A stretch of DNA of 64,000 nucleotides from Callorhinchus milii (GCF_018977255.1 NW_024704742.1:133488001-133552000); one strand, 5' to 3'; positions 1 through 13,521 are shown, counted from the stretch's first letter. Numbers and translations: made by a program. The notes: generated from the sequence alone by a model not told the origin.

Positions 1-3000
1 TGTGAAAGGCACTCTACAAATATAATTTTGTTGTTTATCACTATTTATTATTATTAGGTCTGTCTAGAGTATTGGTGCACTATCATTTTCTTTGCTCACA
101 TACCTGTAAATAAATACCATAAATGAAAGATAAAGTGCCTCGCGGAGCCACAGACACCAGTGACTTATCTTTTCTTCAGGGAGACTGTGTTGTGGGGGAA
201 CAGCCAGAAAGAGTTATCTTGCTAAGCAGCTGTTTAGTTCCCAGAACAGCACGACCAAAGTGTGACCTGTCAAACGACAGTCATACCATTGGGTCAATCT
301 GCAATCAGCTCACCACTGACTAGCAGAGACTGGCCTTTACATCACTTTACATCACGTAGTAGTCAGTTAGAATAAATAGCCTGTTTCAACTAGTTGGTCA
401 AGTCTGTCACAATATAATCATATGTAGATCTAAAGGGAAGTTTAAAAGAAACTTCTTTACACAGAGGGTAGTGAGAAAGCATCAAGGCATTTCAAGTGAA
501 AATTAACAATTGCATGACATTCAAGGGAATACAAAATAGAGTAATGCAATTTGCATTTATATAGCTCCTTTCATGTCTGTAAATATATCTCAAAGTGCTT
601 TACACAGCTGGCCCGGCAAGGGAGCCGATGATTGGGAGGGCGAGTGTTAGAGGAAAGAGAGGGATATGGGCAGGGAATTCAGAAGGATGGAAGCTGACGT
701 GGAGTATAAACACCAGCACGGACTAGTTGGGAACAATCTAATTGGGTGCTGTACATGAATGGAACAGGTTAATCAAATAAGAAATACTGCTGAAAGGAGG
801 GGAGTTGGAGGCGGAAATTTTATGCGACAATTACAATCAGCCTGTCAAGTCTCTACTGCATTTATCTGACTCCCTTTTAACATAGTTTATGGATTCTGCT
901 TTAACCTCAGTTTAAGGCCGAGAATTCAACTTTCCAACCACCCTCTGCATGAAGCTCTTTTTTCTTTATCCTCCCCTTTAATTCTTCCTCAGATTGTCTG
1001 TGAAGCTTGGCAGACAGTGCTCACGATGGCAAGCTACGCTGGTTTAAACTCCAGCAGTTATCCTACCCCACTTTGTGGTCCTCAAGCCTCGACTCCAGCC
1101 AAGCTATGCCTCATGCTTTCCTACAATCAGTACTTCTGAGGAGAGAGATAGAGAGACTGCCCACTCTATTCTAAACACAGGGAAATTTCCATGTGTAGCT
1201 GGTGAACCTATGTGGAACTCTCAGTCTGGTTTGGATCCTCTTAGTAATAATAATAATCCTTGCAATTGATATAGCACCTTATCATGTCTTTGAAGTTTGC
1301 TTTATCACATCTTTGACATCTCAAAAGTGCTTCACAGAATATACTGTAAAGTGAATTGACTGTATATTTTGTGGGCAACACTTTGCAATGTGTTTCCACA
1401 CGTGTCAGATAATCATTGACCAAAAGAGATTTATTTTTTAAACAACTCAACCAATGTTGCATCTACGACCATCAAGGTCAGTGCTTTTATATATATTTTT
1501 TTCTACATCCACAGAAAAGCTCTGTGTGAAGAATTGTTTTCCAGATTAAATATTAGTTTCAGCTTTGAAAGCCAGAGACAAAAAAGCTCTCTCACTCACT
1601 CAGACACTTTCACAATCCTTCCTGGTGCACTCAAGTGCATTGTAATTTATTAAACAAAAATGCAAAAGGGAAAAAAAAATGTGCGAGATACGGTGTCTTT
1701 GTTCCCTGGAAGTATTTATAAAATGAATGGACCGAATATTTGCACTATAAAATATACTATAAAATATATAAAATAAGCCCGCTCCTAATCACGTTTGATC
1801 CAATTATATCCCACCATGCCTGCGATCGAAGGAAAACTGTGCTTGTTTAGGTCACTGAAAGGATGAAATCCGGACTTGCTGAAGGTTTTCAAGTGCTCAG
1901 GTACTGCTGAAATGAAAGGAGAACAGGGGGAGAAGCCTTAACAAGCAAACAGTGATAAAGCCAAAGGAAGCGTGGAACTAATTTGAGGAACTAATCTTTC
2001 AATCTTTCGCTTTGGCCTCCCCCCAATACTAAATCACTGTCCTGTGGCATTCTTGCTGTATTCATGATTGTTTGTGAGACAATGCAATGTGTTTCTTTGG
2101 ATGCAATGTTAAACCAAAGTCCTGCATGAAATGAATGGCTTATTTTCTCTAAGGGGATTTGTTGGCCAGGACACCAGGAGAAACTCTCTTCCCTTTATAA
2201 ATATTGCCACAAGATACCCGAATAAGCATAGAATTTTAGTAATTTATGGTGTAGAAGAAGGCCATTCGGCCCATGGAGTCTACAGTGGCTTTCTGAGCAA
2301 CTGTTTTTTCCATAGTACATTGTTGTGTTGGAATATCAGCCTAGAATGCGAGTTGAGTCCCGAAGCGGGACTTGAACCCACAACCTTTAGACTCGGTGGT
2401 GAAAGTACTGCTAACTGAGCCAGGCTGATACCTAGAAGGCAGATAGCAAAGAAAAAAACTCCAGGAAATCAGTCTTGAATTACACTGCCCAAGTCTGACC
2501 ATTTTCATTCCGCAGAAAACACATCAACAGTCCCTCTGTTCTGTGGAGTATCTAATTATCCATGTCCAATCTTATTCTAAGAACCTTCAATCTTGCTCAT
2601 TGGCAAGTCACTCAGCTCCTTTTACACTGACATAACGTTAACCAATTTTGACTGATTCTATTATTACCTAATCCCCCAGAAAAAAGTACCTTCTCATCTG
2701 CAGTCTTGCTTGAGGCTTGACAACTTTTACTTGCATAACCTCTATTATAGCAACTACAAATTAATATAATTAACCAATTGTCTTTCTCGGTATTTTAACG
2801 ATCTTGATCATAACACCTCTCATCTCCTTCCCCCAACAAACCACCCCCACTCCCTACCTCCCGCCTCCACACCTCCCCCAGTTGAATAAGTGGTTCAGTT
2901 TGACAATTCTTCTCTTGGCTATGACCTTTATGCCTTAAATCATATTTGTCGCTCTCCTATGAACCTTTTCTGATCTCCTCAATATTCTGAATGTGGCCGT

Positions 3001-3945
3001 GCCAATGTGTCTGGCAACATAAATGAATCACAAATTTATAATCAGTTCAGGTGTCAGCTTGACTTAGTGGGTAACACTCTTTGCTTCTGGGTCAGGATAT
3101 TGTGGGTTCAAGATTTGATCTTACAATCCAGGCTGACACTCCAGTGCAGGACTTGAGGAGCTCTACATTGTTGGGGTGCTATTTTTCGCACAAGATATAG
3201 ATCAGGACCCTGATGGCTCCAACTCACATTGAGCTGCTGAACGCAAAATAGAAACAACCATCTCTAAACAAGGGTAAAGAAAAACAATATTGCTAACATC
3301 TAGTGGTTGTAAATATTATTTTGTCTCATGTTGAATTACTGTCTGCAACAGCACAATTTCGTCTGAAAACATTCCCAGACACAGGAACATGTCTACGCAT
3401 AGGTGGCATGCACATGTGGAGCACACAATCTGGTTTGGATGCTCCCAAGCACCGTAATGGATTTCCACATGTGTCAGACACTATTGGCAGGCCAAAGAAA
3501 ATGTTGAATTATAGTTTAATTAAAAGAGGAGGTATGCTTTTTTATCAACCTTATTGTTCATAAAACATGATTAATTTGTTACCGCATATATTTTGCACTC
3601 AGTTCAAACGTACAAATATAATGACGTTAATCCTTGGATTTGGTGTAATGCCTTTCACATTGGAAGAATGTCCCAAAGCACTTCACAGGATAAAGTGTAA
3701 AATGCAGTGACTGTGTGTTTTGTGAGCAGATGTACTCCACAAACAGTCATGAAATGAATAACTAATTTTATTTGTGGGGAATGTTGGCCAGGACACTCTG
3801 AGAAACTCCCTTCTCTTTTCAAATAGCACCATGAGATCTTTAACCTCCACCTGAACGGGCAGATGGGACCGTGGTTTAATGTCTTGTCTGAAGGATGAAA
3901 ATGCATTCACTGAACACGGGAATTCCTCAGAAAGTGACATTGCTA

Positions 3946-4216
3946 CAACAACAACAACAACATGATTCCATTTATAAAGCGCCTTTCACGTCAGGAGGAC
4001 GTCCCAAGGCGCTGCACAGTTGGGTCATGACCCGAGCAGGGGGGAAATGGTCAGGGTGAGGGGAGGGGAGGGAGGGAGCGAGGAGGGGGGAAATGGTCAG
4101 GGTGAGGGGAGGGGAGGGAGCGAGGAGGGGGGAAATGGTCAGGGTGAGGGGAGGGATGGGAGGGAGCGAGAAGGGGGAAGAGAGTCGAGAGGGGAGCTGA
4201 AGGCTCGGTCAAAGAG
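3946..4216 (-). mobile_element. L2 3' UTR fragment with an internal ~40 bp unit present three times
   Basis: (CAA)n tail plus gggggaaatggtcagggtgaggg repeated three times. Confidence 0.85.
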
Positions 4217-4959
4217 AATTGCTAGCAATCTGATGACCGGAAGTTGAGCATTTGGCAGCTCCCTGTGGACCACAAAAATACCAACCTCCGGGTTATTGCA
4301 TTGTCGCTGATGTCATGCACTGGTGACCCAGAAGTTAGCCATTTTTATAGTGTGGGGAAGCCAGATGAATTTTATGCACTCCCTCCCCCCCCCCCCCCAC
4401 ATCCGACTTACAAACCTTCATGCCCTTTTTGCACCTCACTACCTAGGGCGTCTTCTCTAGCCTCACTCCGTTCGCTCCATCAGCTCAGCAAATGCCGACC
4501 TGTGGCGTGTTCCTCCCACCTCTTCTGTCATGTCATCAGAGGACAAGTCTTCAACCACTATGCCCGCCTATTTTCACTATTTCCACTATTTTCACATCTT
4601 CTAGACGTCTCAAAGCGCTTCACAGAATATGCCGTAAAGTGAATTGAGGGTACATTTGTGGGCCAAACGCGGCAGCCGATTGCGCAGTGTCCCACAAAGA
4701 GTTGTAGATTGAAAATGTATTATTGTTTTGTTTTGGAGGGGTTATTATAATATAATTATAATTATAGTATAATGGGAGCCTGGCACTTTGACGAAATGCC
4801 TATGCAGTCTGTTCAGTCACAGGTTTTAATGAGGTCCATTTATAAGTTACGTGTAAGTATGCACCAATACCAGTGTCTGGCATCACAAATCAGGGTTTGT
4901 CTGTTCAGTTTTATTGAACAGTGATCCTAATTTTATTTGCTCAGCATTGATGGTGGAGG

Positions 4960-6110
4960 TTGTTGGTGTGTGGGGGGGGGTGGGGGGAGGTCGTTTGTAT
5001 TTGTGTGTGGTGGAGGGGGTGGTATTGCTGTGGGTGGGAGGGGGATGCTGAGTTTATGTGTGAGGGGATGTGAGGGCGTTGGGGGATGTGTGTGTGTGTG
5101 GGGGGGAGAGGATTTTGTGTGTGTTTATGGGGGGTGTTGGTGTATATGGGGTTGTGAGGGTACAGTGTTGGGGAAGGTGTGATTGAGGGGAGTTTATGTG
5201 TGTTAGGGGTATGAGTGTGTGTGGGGGTGTGTGGTATGAGTGTGTGTGGGGGGGGGCATGGGGGTATGAGTGTGGGGGGGGGGGCGTGGGGGGTATGCGT
5301 GTGTGGGGGGGGGGTATAAGTGTGTGGGGGGGGCGTGGGGGGTATGAGTGTGTGGGGGATGGGTTATGAGTGTGTGTGGGGGGTGAGTTATGAGTGTGTG
5401 TAGGGGGTGTGGGGTATAAGTGTGTGTGGGGGTGTGTGGGGTATGAGTGTGTGGGGGGGTGTGGGATATGAGTGTGTGTGTGGGGGGGTGTGAGTGAGTG
5501 AGTGTGTGTGTGGGAGGGGTGTGAGTGAGTGAGTGTGGTGGGGAGGGGTGTGAGTGAGTGAGTGAGTGTGCGTGGGGGAGGGGTGTGAGTGAGTGAGTGG
5601 TGTGGGGGAGGGGTGTGAGTGAGTGAGTGAGTGTGGGGGAAGGGGTGTGAGTGAGTGAGTGAGTGTGTTGGGAGGGTGTGAGTGAGTGAGTGTGGGGGGG
5701 GGGTGTGAGTGAGTGAGTCTGGGAGGGGTGTGAGTGAGTGAGCGTGGGAGAGGGGTGTGAGTGAGTGAGTGTGCGTGGGGGAGGGGTGTGAGTGAGTGAG
5801 TGGGTGTGGGGGGAGGGGTGTGAGTGAGTGAGTGTGGGGGGAGGGGTGTGAGTGAGTGAGTGAGTGAGTGTGGGGGAGGGGTGTGAGTGAGTGAGTGAGT
5901 GGGTGTGGGGGAGGGGTGTGAGTGAGTGAGTGAGTGAGTGTGGGGGGAGGGGTGTGAGTGAGTGAGTGAGTGAGTGTGGGGGGAGGGGTGTGAGTGAGTG
6001 AGTGAGTGAGTGTGGGGGGAGGGGTGTGAGTGAGTGAGTGAGTGTGGGGGGAGGGGTGTGAGTGAGTGAGTGAGTGAGTGTGTGGGGGGAGGGGCGTGTG
6101 GGGTATGAGT
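4960..6110. repeat. G/T-rich compound minisatellite ((GAGT)n-GTGGGGGGAGGGGTGT units)
   Basis: Directly visible tandem units; the plus strand has almost no C. Confidence 0.95.
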
Positions 6111-6920
6111 GGCGGAGGGGGCGGGGCCAGAGCGAGATAGCCAATGAGGAACGGGGGCGGGTTGGTCAGTGCGCGCGAGCGCCGGAAGTCAGGTCACGGC
6201 ACGTCACGTGGCCGGACGGTGAGCGGGCGGCGGGCGGCGCGCGGGCGCCAAAACAAATAGGTTTCTAAAAGCGGTCGTTTAATAACAACCCCCACACTCC
6301 CCCCCCCCCCACACCACAACCCCCCCCACACACCCCCCACACCCCCCACCCCCCCCCCCCGGTTCATTAGTGTTCGGGGGTGTGTGAGTGAGTGAGTGAG
6401 AGAGATTCGGTCACCAACGGTCAAGGTCAGGGGTCACCAACTGTCACTTCGCGGGATGGACGGTCACTAACTGCCACCTCCCGGCGCTGGTCTGTGTCTC
6501 CCCGCCCTCCCCCCGCGCCCCACACGCGTTGCGTTGCTCTCCGCTCTGCCCTGGACCCGCTCCAGTCTCACCACCTCCTCAACCGGTGGGTGCTCTCTCT
6601 CTCCCCCCCTTCCCCCACCCCCCCCTCGCCTTGTCGGCCCCACTCTCTCTCGCTCTCTGTGTGTGTGTGTGTCAGTCACACTCGGCAGTGTGCAGCTCCT
6701 GCTCATAAGTACTGTGATTGCCGTCGTTATTTACAGTTTAAATCTCTGGCCTGTGAGGAGGTTCACTCCTGAGCGGTTGGCCAGCCAGACCCCACAGCAC
6801 CTGCCGTGTTGCATGCGAATGGTGATTGATTTTCTGATGCCTGTCATTATTATTACTGTCGTCGTTGTTATCCTACGTTGCAGCGGCCGCCGCGGGTTGA
6901 AATGCGTTGGCGGGCGCTGC
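6100..6920 (+). promoter_or_regulatory. CpG island / housekeeping-type promoter, probably for AMACR
   Basis: Strongest non-coding CpG cluster in the window. Contains GC boxes (6118-6126, 6153-6161), CCAAT (6141), ETS-type CCGGAAGT (6182-6189), E-box GTCACGTG (6203-6210) and a donor-like CG|GTGAGC at 6219. Confidence 0.75.
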
Positions 6921-8204
6921 GCTGTCTTGTCTCTCTCTCTCTCTCTCTCTCTCATCTCATTTTAGTTTTCAAGCATCTCCCGCGCTACCCTCAAAACAAT
7001 AACGAATTGGTCATCTCACACCACGACTGACTGTGGGACGCTGCTGCGCGCAGTTGGCTGCCGCGTTTCGCCCACAAATATACAGTCAATTCACTTTACA
7101 GTCTTTTCTGTGAAGCGCTTTGGGACGTTCAGAAGACGTGAAAAGCGCTGTATCAAATGCAAGGATTATTATTAATATTACTGTTAGCAACTAGTGCCTG
7201 GGCATGTGTGGGGGTGTTTATAGCGGTAATTAATCCTTGCATGTCACATCTTTGAGCCGTCTCAAAAGGGCTTCACAGTGATAAGAGTACAGTGACTACT
7301 TTGTAGGTGAACGCAGGAGCCGATTTGCACATGGCAATGTCCCACAGCAACCATGAAGTGAATGGTGTGATTTTTATTTAGGGATTGTTGGCCAGGACGA
7401 CAAAAACAAAATTACATTTGTACAGCGCCTTTCACATCGGGAGGATGTCCCCAAGGCACTGGACATCAGGTGAAACTCCCTGCTCTTTTTGAATATCGCT
7501 GCAGGATCTTTAAACATCCATCCAGACAGGCAGGCACACCCTCAGTTTAACAAAGGACTTTGTGCTTTTAGGGTGACCTGTAAAAGCTTCGAACCCGTAC
7601 AGTTTGCTTGCTTACCATGTTTATTTGACCCGGCATGTTCGTACAAAGTACAAGTTGTAAAATATTTGCCTGCAAAAGCCCTTTTAGAAGTTTTAGCATT
7701 ATAGGTGCTACATTAAATGCAAGATTTATTTATTCAAGTAATGTTCTGTTCAGCTTTCCTCTTTTGAACACAATTCCTTGTTTCATTTGATGGCTGTGTT
7801 AAACAATTTGCATTTCCCTTCACGAAGGATAGAAGGGTAAGTTCTCGGAGCACTGTAAACATCATTAATTGATCAATCTTAATCTCTGTGTAGCACATGC
7901 AGGCAATGTTGTATCCACCGGAATACTTGCATTTGTTTTGACCAGACAATCGGGACAAGTATAATACGTTTTTTAAAAGTACTGTAGTTTGAATTGTCCC
8001 GTAGTTTAACTGTGTACAAGGTAGCGAGTGGAGCAATTGGATAAACTGGGGCTGTTCAGCCTTGAAAAGAGTATCCCTGAGAGAGCGCTTCTGAAATGTT
8101 AAGTGGAATTAAGAAAGGAAACACAGAACAGTATATTTAGATACCCCAAGGCATCAGAACAAGAGGACAGGTTCAAGGTTGTGAAGGGAACGCTGAACAT
8201 CTTG

Positions 8205-9516
8205 ACCATCAATGACATCTTGACCATCTGCGACCAGGGCTTCCTCTGCCTCCTCGTGCTCCTCGACCTATCGGTAGCATTCGATACGGTCGACCAGGCT
8301 ATCCTCCTCCACCGCTTGTCCTCCCACCTCAACCTTCAAGGCCCTGTCCTTGAGTGGTTTAGGTCGTACCTCTCCCTCTGTCTTCATTTTGTTTCCACAA
8401 ACGGCTTTTCCTCCGGCCCCCGCACTGTCTCGTGTGATGTCCCTCAGGGCTCTGTCCTCGGTCCCTCCTCTTCACCCTCTATATGCTCCCCCTGTGGTGA
8501 CATCATCCGCAGACATGGGGTTAACTTCCACATATATGCGGATGACACCCAACTCTACCTTTCCTCCTCTACCCTCAATTCCATGACCACCGATGTCCTG
8601 ACAGCCTGCCTGTCCGACATCGAGTCCTGGACGAGAGACAACTTTCTTCAGCTCAACGTGCGCAAAACTGAGGCCCTCCTGATTGGCTCACGTCAGCGCC
8701 TCCGCACCTCAGGCGCTGACAGCATCAGCATCCAAGGCTGCACTCTCCACCTCTCAAAGCCGTCAGGAACCTCGGGGTTCTGTTTGACCCTGAGCTGTCC
8801 TTTCTTCCTCATATCCGCGCCACAACTGGCACCGCCTTCCATCACCTCCGAAACATCGCCAGACTACGGCACTACCTCACCCCTCACGCTGCTGAAACTC
8901 TGGTTCACGCCTTTATCACCTCAAGGCTGGACTATGGGAACTCTCTCCTCGCCGGCCTTCCCGCCACCTCCCTCCACACTGCAGGTCATTCAGAACTCTG
9001 CAGCTCGTGTACTGTCCCGCACCAGACTTCGTGACCACATCACTCCCACCCTCGCTCGCCTCCACTGGCTCCCCATCCCCCAGAGGATCGAATTCAAGAT
9101 CCTCACCTACAAGGCCATTCACGGCCTTGCTCCCTCCTACCTCTCCAACCTACTATCCCCCTACCTACCTGCCCATACCCTCCGTTCCTCTGGCTCTGGT
9201 CTGCTCCACATCCCCCGCCCCAACCGCCCTACCATCGGTGATCGGGCCTTCAGCCTCTCATCCCCTAGGCTCTGGAACTCTATTCCCCCAGTGCCTTCGC
9301 CGCCTCCTCCCTTTCCTCCTTCAAGGCCGGTTTCAAGACCTTTCTCTTTGACCGTGCCTTCAGCTCCCCTCTCGACTCTCTACCCCCTCCTTGCTCCCTC
9401 CCTTCCCTCCCCTCACCATTTCTCCCCTTGCTCGGGTCCTGACCCAAGTGTACAGCGCCTTGGGACGTCCTCCCGACGTGAAAGGCGCTCTATAAATGAA
9501 ATGTTGTTGTTGTTGT
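8205..9516 (+). mobile_element. 5'-truncated L2-clade (CR1 superfamily) LINE, RT C-terminal half plus 3' UTR, frameshifted
   Basis: Motifs LLVLLDLSVAFDTVD, VPQGSVLGP, IYADDTQLY, LQVIQNSAARVL and LHWLPIPQRIEFKIL. Ends in a (TTG)n tail. Flanked by CR1 3' fragments. Confidence 0.92.
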
Positions 9517-11423
9517 AGGGTAATGGAGGCCAGATGCTTACTCAATTTAAAAAATGGCTTGATGCTGTAATGGGTATTCTGGAAGGATGAAATTGAACAT
9601 CTGTGATCTTATGATTTTTGTGTGCGCGTGTGTGGTAAAGATTATATTGGAGGAACCATAGTGCGATTATAGGAAATATTGGAATTCCACAAATTTACAA
9701 TAAGTATCCTTGCAAATAAGAAGCTTAGAATTTTGTTCACGCGCAAATTGTTAGGAAATGGAATGCCACCGTGAGCAGTGGTTGAAGCAGAATCCCTATT
9801 GGCTTTCAAACGGGACTAAAATACCTAAAAAAGGGAGTTCGCTTCAGGGGGGAAGGGCAGGTAAATGGGTTTGAAAGGATGCTCTTAAAAGAGCCAGGAC
9901 ATCGAGACATCTTAAAGCACTTCACAGGATTCACTGTAAAATGCAGTGACTATTTTATAGGTGAACCCTGCAATAGTTGGAACTTTGAGATTGGGGTTTT
10001 ATGTACAACATTCAAAGAGCAGTTCTGAGAACCTGCATTTGATGGGCTACATCTCTATGAGATCGGCCTCCAATGGTTGTGGACAATAGTGGGAAGCAGG
10101 ACCCTAAGCAGAAATAATTTTAGCGTTTACATGAATATCCTTTTGCCTTGACCGAGTGCTAACAATAAATATGTGCATGGCAATATTTGCTTGTTCAAAG
10201 AGCATTCAGTCCTCCAGTAAAAAGATAACCTTTTTCCATCACATGCTTTGCCTAGCAATTCAGAATCTGTCAATTCATTTAAAAAAAATCTGTATTAACT
10301 TTACCACTGATCACACGATGTCCCTTGCGTACGGACAATTCTGAAAGAAAGCAGATTCTTACATCTTGAAAACTGAATGCAGATGACTGTGTTTTTGGCA
10401 TAATCCGCGTTCTTGTTACTGTTTAAAAGGATTTATTTAATATAAAAGCAAGTCAGAAGATCACACTGAGCCCATGTGATGCAAGGTTCTATGATGCCTC
10501 TGTTATATTAAGTTCACTGTCCCCATGTGAGATGCATAAAGAATGCTGCTGCTATCATGCCAGAATGGTTACGTTACCAATGGTGAATGGTGGTCAATTT
10601 TCTCTGTAAGTGCACTTCCACACGTCTGTCTGTCTGATCGGCACAATGAATGTTTAGGATTTGGAGAAAACTAAACACCCAATTGCCCCAACTGAACAAT
10701 CTATTTGGCCCCCTCACTGTCATAAACCTGTTTAACAACAAAAAATACTGATTTTTGCTTCTGATTTCATGCTGGGAACATGTCTCAAAGTGTTTCACAG
10801 GGCTTGTTATCGCGCAGTGTCCCATGAAGTTAATGACCATTTTCTTCCAGGGCATTCTTTTCGAATAGGTAAACAGACTCTCTGACCGTCCGTTCTTTTG
10901 TGGTGTTCTGTGAGTCAGTGACTAGAGGGCATCAATTTAAGATAGTTAGTAAATGGAATAATTAAGAAAAGAATACACACAGGAAATGGAATGCCTCGCT
11001 TGGGATGGTGTTTGAGGCAGAATCCATAATAGCTTTCAAATGGGAGGTAGATGGATATCTAAAAAGGAGGAAACTGGAGGGTTACGGGGAAAGGACTGAA
11101 GGATTCTCATAAGAGCCAGCACAGGCACAATAGTCCGAATGGGCAACTTCAGTGCTGTAAATTTCTATGGTTCTATTATGGATTGTAAAATACCAAAACA
11201 TACACACAGTCACACTACTTTATAGTATATCATGTGAAGTGCTTTGAGATATCTCAATGATTTGATAAGCTCTATCAGATGCAAGGATTATTATTGAATA
11301 TGTTTTTCACAGTCTGTAACTTAATAGATGTCTGTTTCTTTTATGTCCTCAGAGCGGCAGATCTGTTATAACTTTATAAATGTACCTTGTTTTCTCAGAG
11401 ATCTCTCTTGCAGCTCCAAAGCA

Positions 11424-11670
11424 ATGGTTCTGTCAGGGATCAAGATAATAGAACTTGCTGGTCTGGCACCTGGCCCTCTGTGTGGGATGATACTAGCAGA
11501 TTTTGGCGCCAAGGTGGTGCGGGTTGACCGAACAAGAATAATGACAACTGTTGATGTGCAGGGAAGAGGCAAACGCTCAATCGCTTTGGACCTAAAGAAG
11601 CCAGAAGGAGCAGAAGTACTGAAGAAGCTGTGCATTCAGTCTGATGTTCTAATTGAGCCTTTCCGTAAAG
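11424..11670 (+). CDS. AMACR: Alpha-methylacyl-CoA racemase, coding exon 1 (247 nt)
   Basis: ATG at 11424 gives MVLSGIKIIELAGLAPGPLCGMILADFGAKVVRVDR...DVLIEPFRK, the CaiB/BaiF (CoA-transferase III) N-terminus. Donor AAAG|GTAAGA at 11671, phase 1. Confidence 0.97.
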
Positions 11671-12949
11671 GTAAGATAATCATATTCCCTACAAATCCTT
11701 CCATTTTATAAAGTTCATACCACTTCAATAGGATTTCCAAATGCCTCACAGGATTTCACTGTAAACTATAGAGATTGAATTTTTCAGGCGAATACAGCAG
11801 CTGATTTTGTGCACAGCAATGTCTCACAAACAGCTGTGAGTGTCAGCCTGGCTCAGACAGAAGCACTCTCTTCTCTGAGTCAGAAGGTTGTAGGTTCAAC
11901 CACCATGTCTGTACTTTGAACTCGCATAGTGACTGGCTGACTCCATTGCAGTGCTTGAGGATTGCTACGTTTTTAAAGCTGCCATCACTTGGATGAGACG
12001 TTAAGCCAAGGACTTGTATATCTGTTCATGTGGATATTAAAGATCCCAAGGCGCTATTCAAAAAGAGAAGTGAGTTTATCCCAGTCCCAGTCTCCTCTAG
12101 ATAAAATTAGGTCATTAATTTCATTTTGCTGTTTGTGGGACCTTGGTGTGCAGAACTGGGTGTCGTGCACAGCCACTGCACTTTACAGTAAATCCTGCAA
12201 AGAACCTTGAAACGCCCTCCCAACATGAAAGCCGCTGTGTCAAATACAAGGATCATTCATTATAAAGTGAATAATCAATTTTATCTGGAGGATTGTTGGC
12301 AAGCATGCCAACGATCTTCAGCCTTTTCATTGGTACAATTGATACCAACCTACAATGTTGTCTGTGTGCTTACATTTCATCCATCGTGAAGGCAGCTTCC
12401 AATAAACTAAGTCTCCTCTTTTGAGTGTTTACATTCTCAACGTCTCCATAAAATTCAAGTCCATTGAAGCATGCAGAGTGCTCATATATCGAAGGCGTCT
12501 CTTCGGGCTCGTTCACATTTCTGAACAGTCAACCAGGAAAGGCTTGTTACTGATCAATGTTTTCTGATGAAGTAATTTTGTTTCTCCTTTAAATGACCTA
12601 AATGACTCCCTTTTAAGCAGCCCCTTACAGTAACACTAATAACCTACTGTGCTCTGCTTGACTTGTCTTGGGTCCTATTATGAGCCCATGCCATCACAGT
12701 CACTAATTTTATTGTCTGGAGAAAATAGTGCGCTCACCTGCCAAGCCTGTCTCAGCTAGGTTTCTCAGCTAAATTAGCGAGCTGTGACAAACCTTGTTAT
12801 AATCCCCTGAGTGAAACTTCTGTGTAAACTTTCCCAGATCACAAAAGCAATGCTGTGGTGGCCTAGCTCAGTTGGTAACACTTTAGCCTGAGTCAGAAGG
12901 TTGTAGGTTCAAGCTCCAAATCGGGACTTGGAACCCATATAGTCTAAGT

Positions 12950-13521
12950 TAGTAGTTTCAATGTTTTTGGGCTCATGACCCACTTTCAAACCCAGATGGC
13001 CTGCAGAAGACAGTAAACATCCTCAGTGCAATAAACCTGTGGCCCACCAAATATAGCCAATAGTGCACTCCTGTGTGTGTCCAGATCAAAATGTGCCACA
13101 GAAAGTGAGCCGACAAGAGTAGAAGGCTGGGCTACCAGCAACCGGACAGCCTGGCCCATCCACCTGGCAAAGTTGGTGGAAGCAAAGAAAGCCCTGCAGC
13201 CAGCCGATAGCCATACCACAAGCAAAGCCGCAAAATCCGCCCACCTACATCAGTACAGCACCCAAAACAGCAGAAGAATCACTTCAAGAACTCCCAACCA
13301 TAAGCCAATGATAAACTCCCGACGACAGACAGAAACACAGGTTCAATATCCCAAAACAACCCCACAAAATGCATAAACCTTCAAATTCTGACGTTAAACT
13401 AAGGCCTGTCTGACTGTTCAGGTGGCGATCGCATGGCACCATTCGAAAAGGGAGTATCTCCCAAACAACCTACCCCCAACAACTCAATCCCAGGTCACAA
13501 CCCATGGGTTGAGAAACTCTT
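12950..13521. mobile_element. Degenerate hAT/Charlie-like non-autonomous element nested in a SINE
   Basis: Ends tagtagtttcaa...gggctcatgaccc and ggtcacaacccatgggttgagaaactct. Flanked by GTCTAAGT (12942-12949) and GTCTAAGA (13522-13529). Confidence 0.6.

Noticed and set aside
2340..2430. tRNA-like sequences (also ~18236, 21760, 30815, 44160)
   Set aside because: Degenerate, multi-copy and fused to SINE bodies, so they are SINE heads rather than tRNA genes.
5500..6075. CRISPR-like regularly spaced repeats
   Set aside because: Eukaryotic minisatellite with no unique spacers and no cas genes.
5203..6144. 313-aa Pro/His/Thr-rich ORF (likewise 26768-27637, 52995-53681, 58282-58883)
   Set aside because: Translations of simple repeats.
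8103..9518. 471-aa ORF as a functional reverse transcriptase gene
   Set aside because: 5'-truncated L2 that drifts in and out of the RT frame through compensating frameshifts. It has no endonuclease and a non-ATG start.
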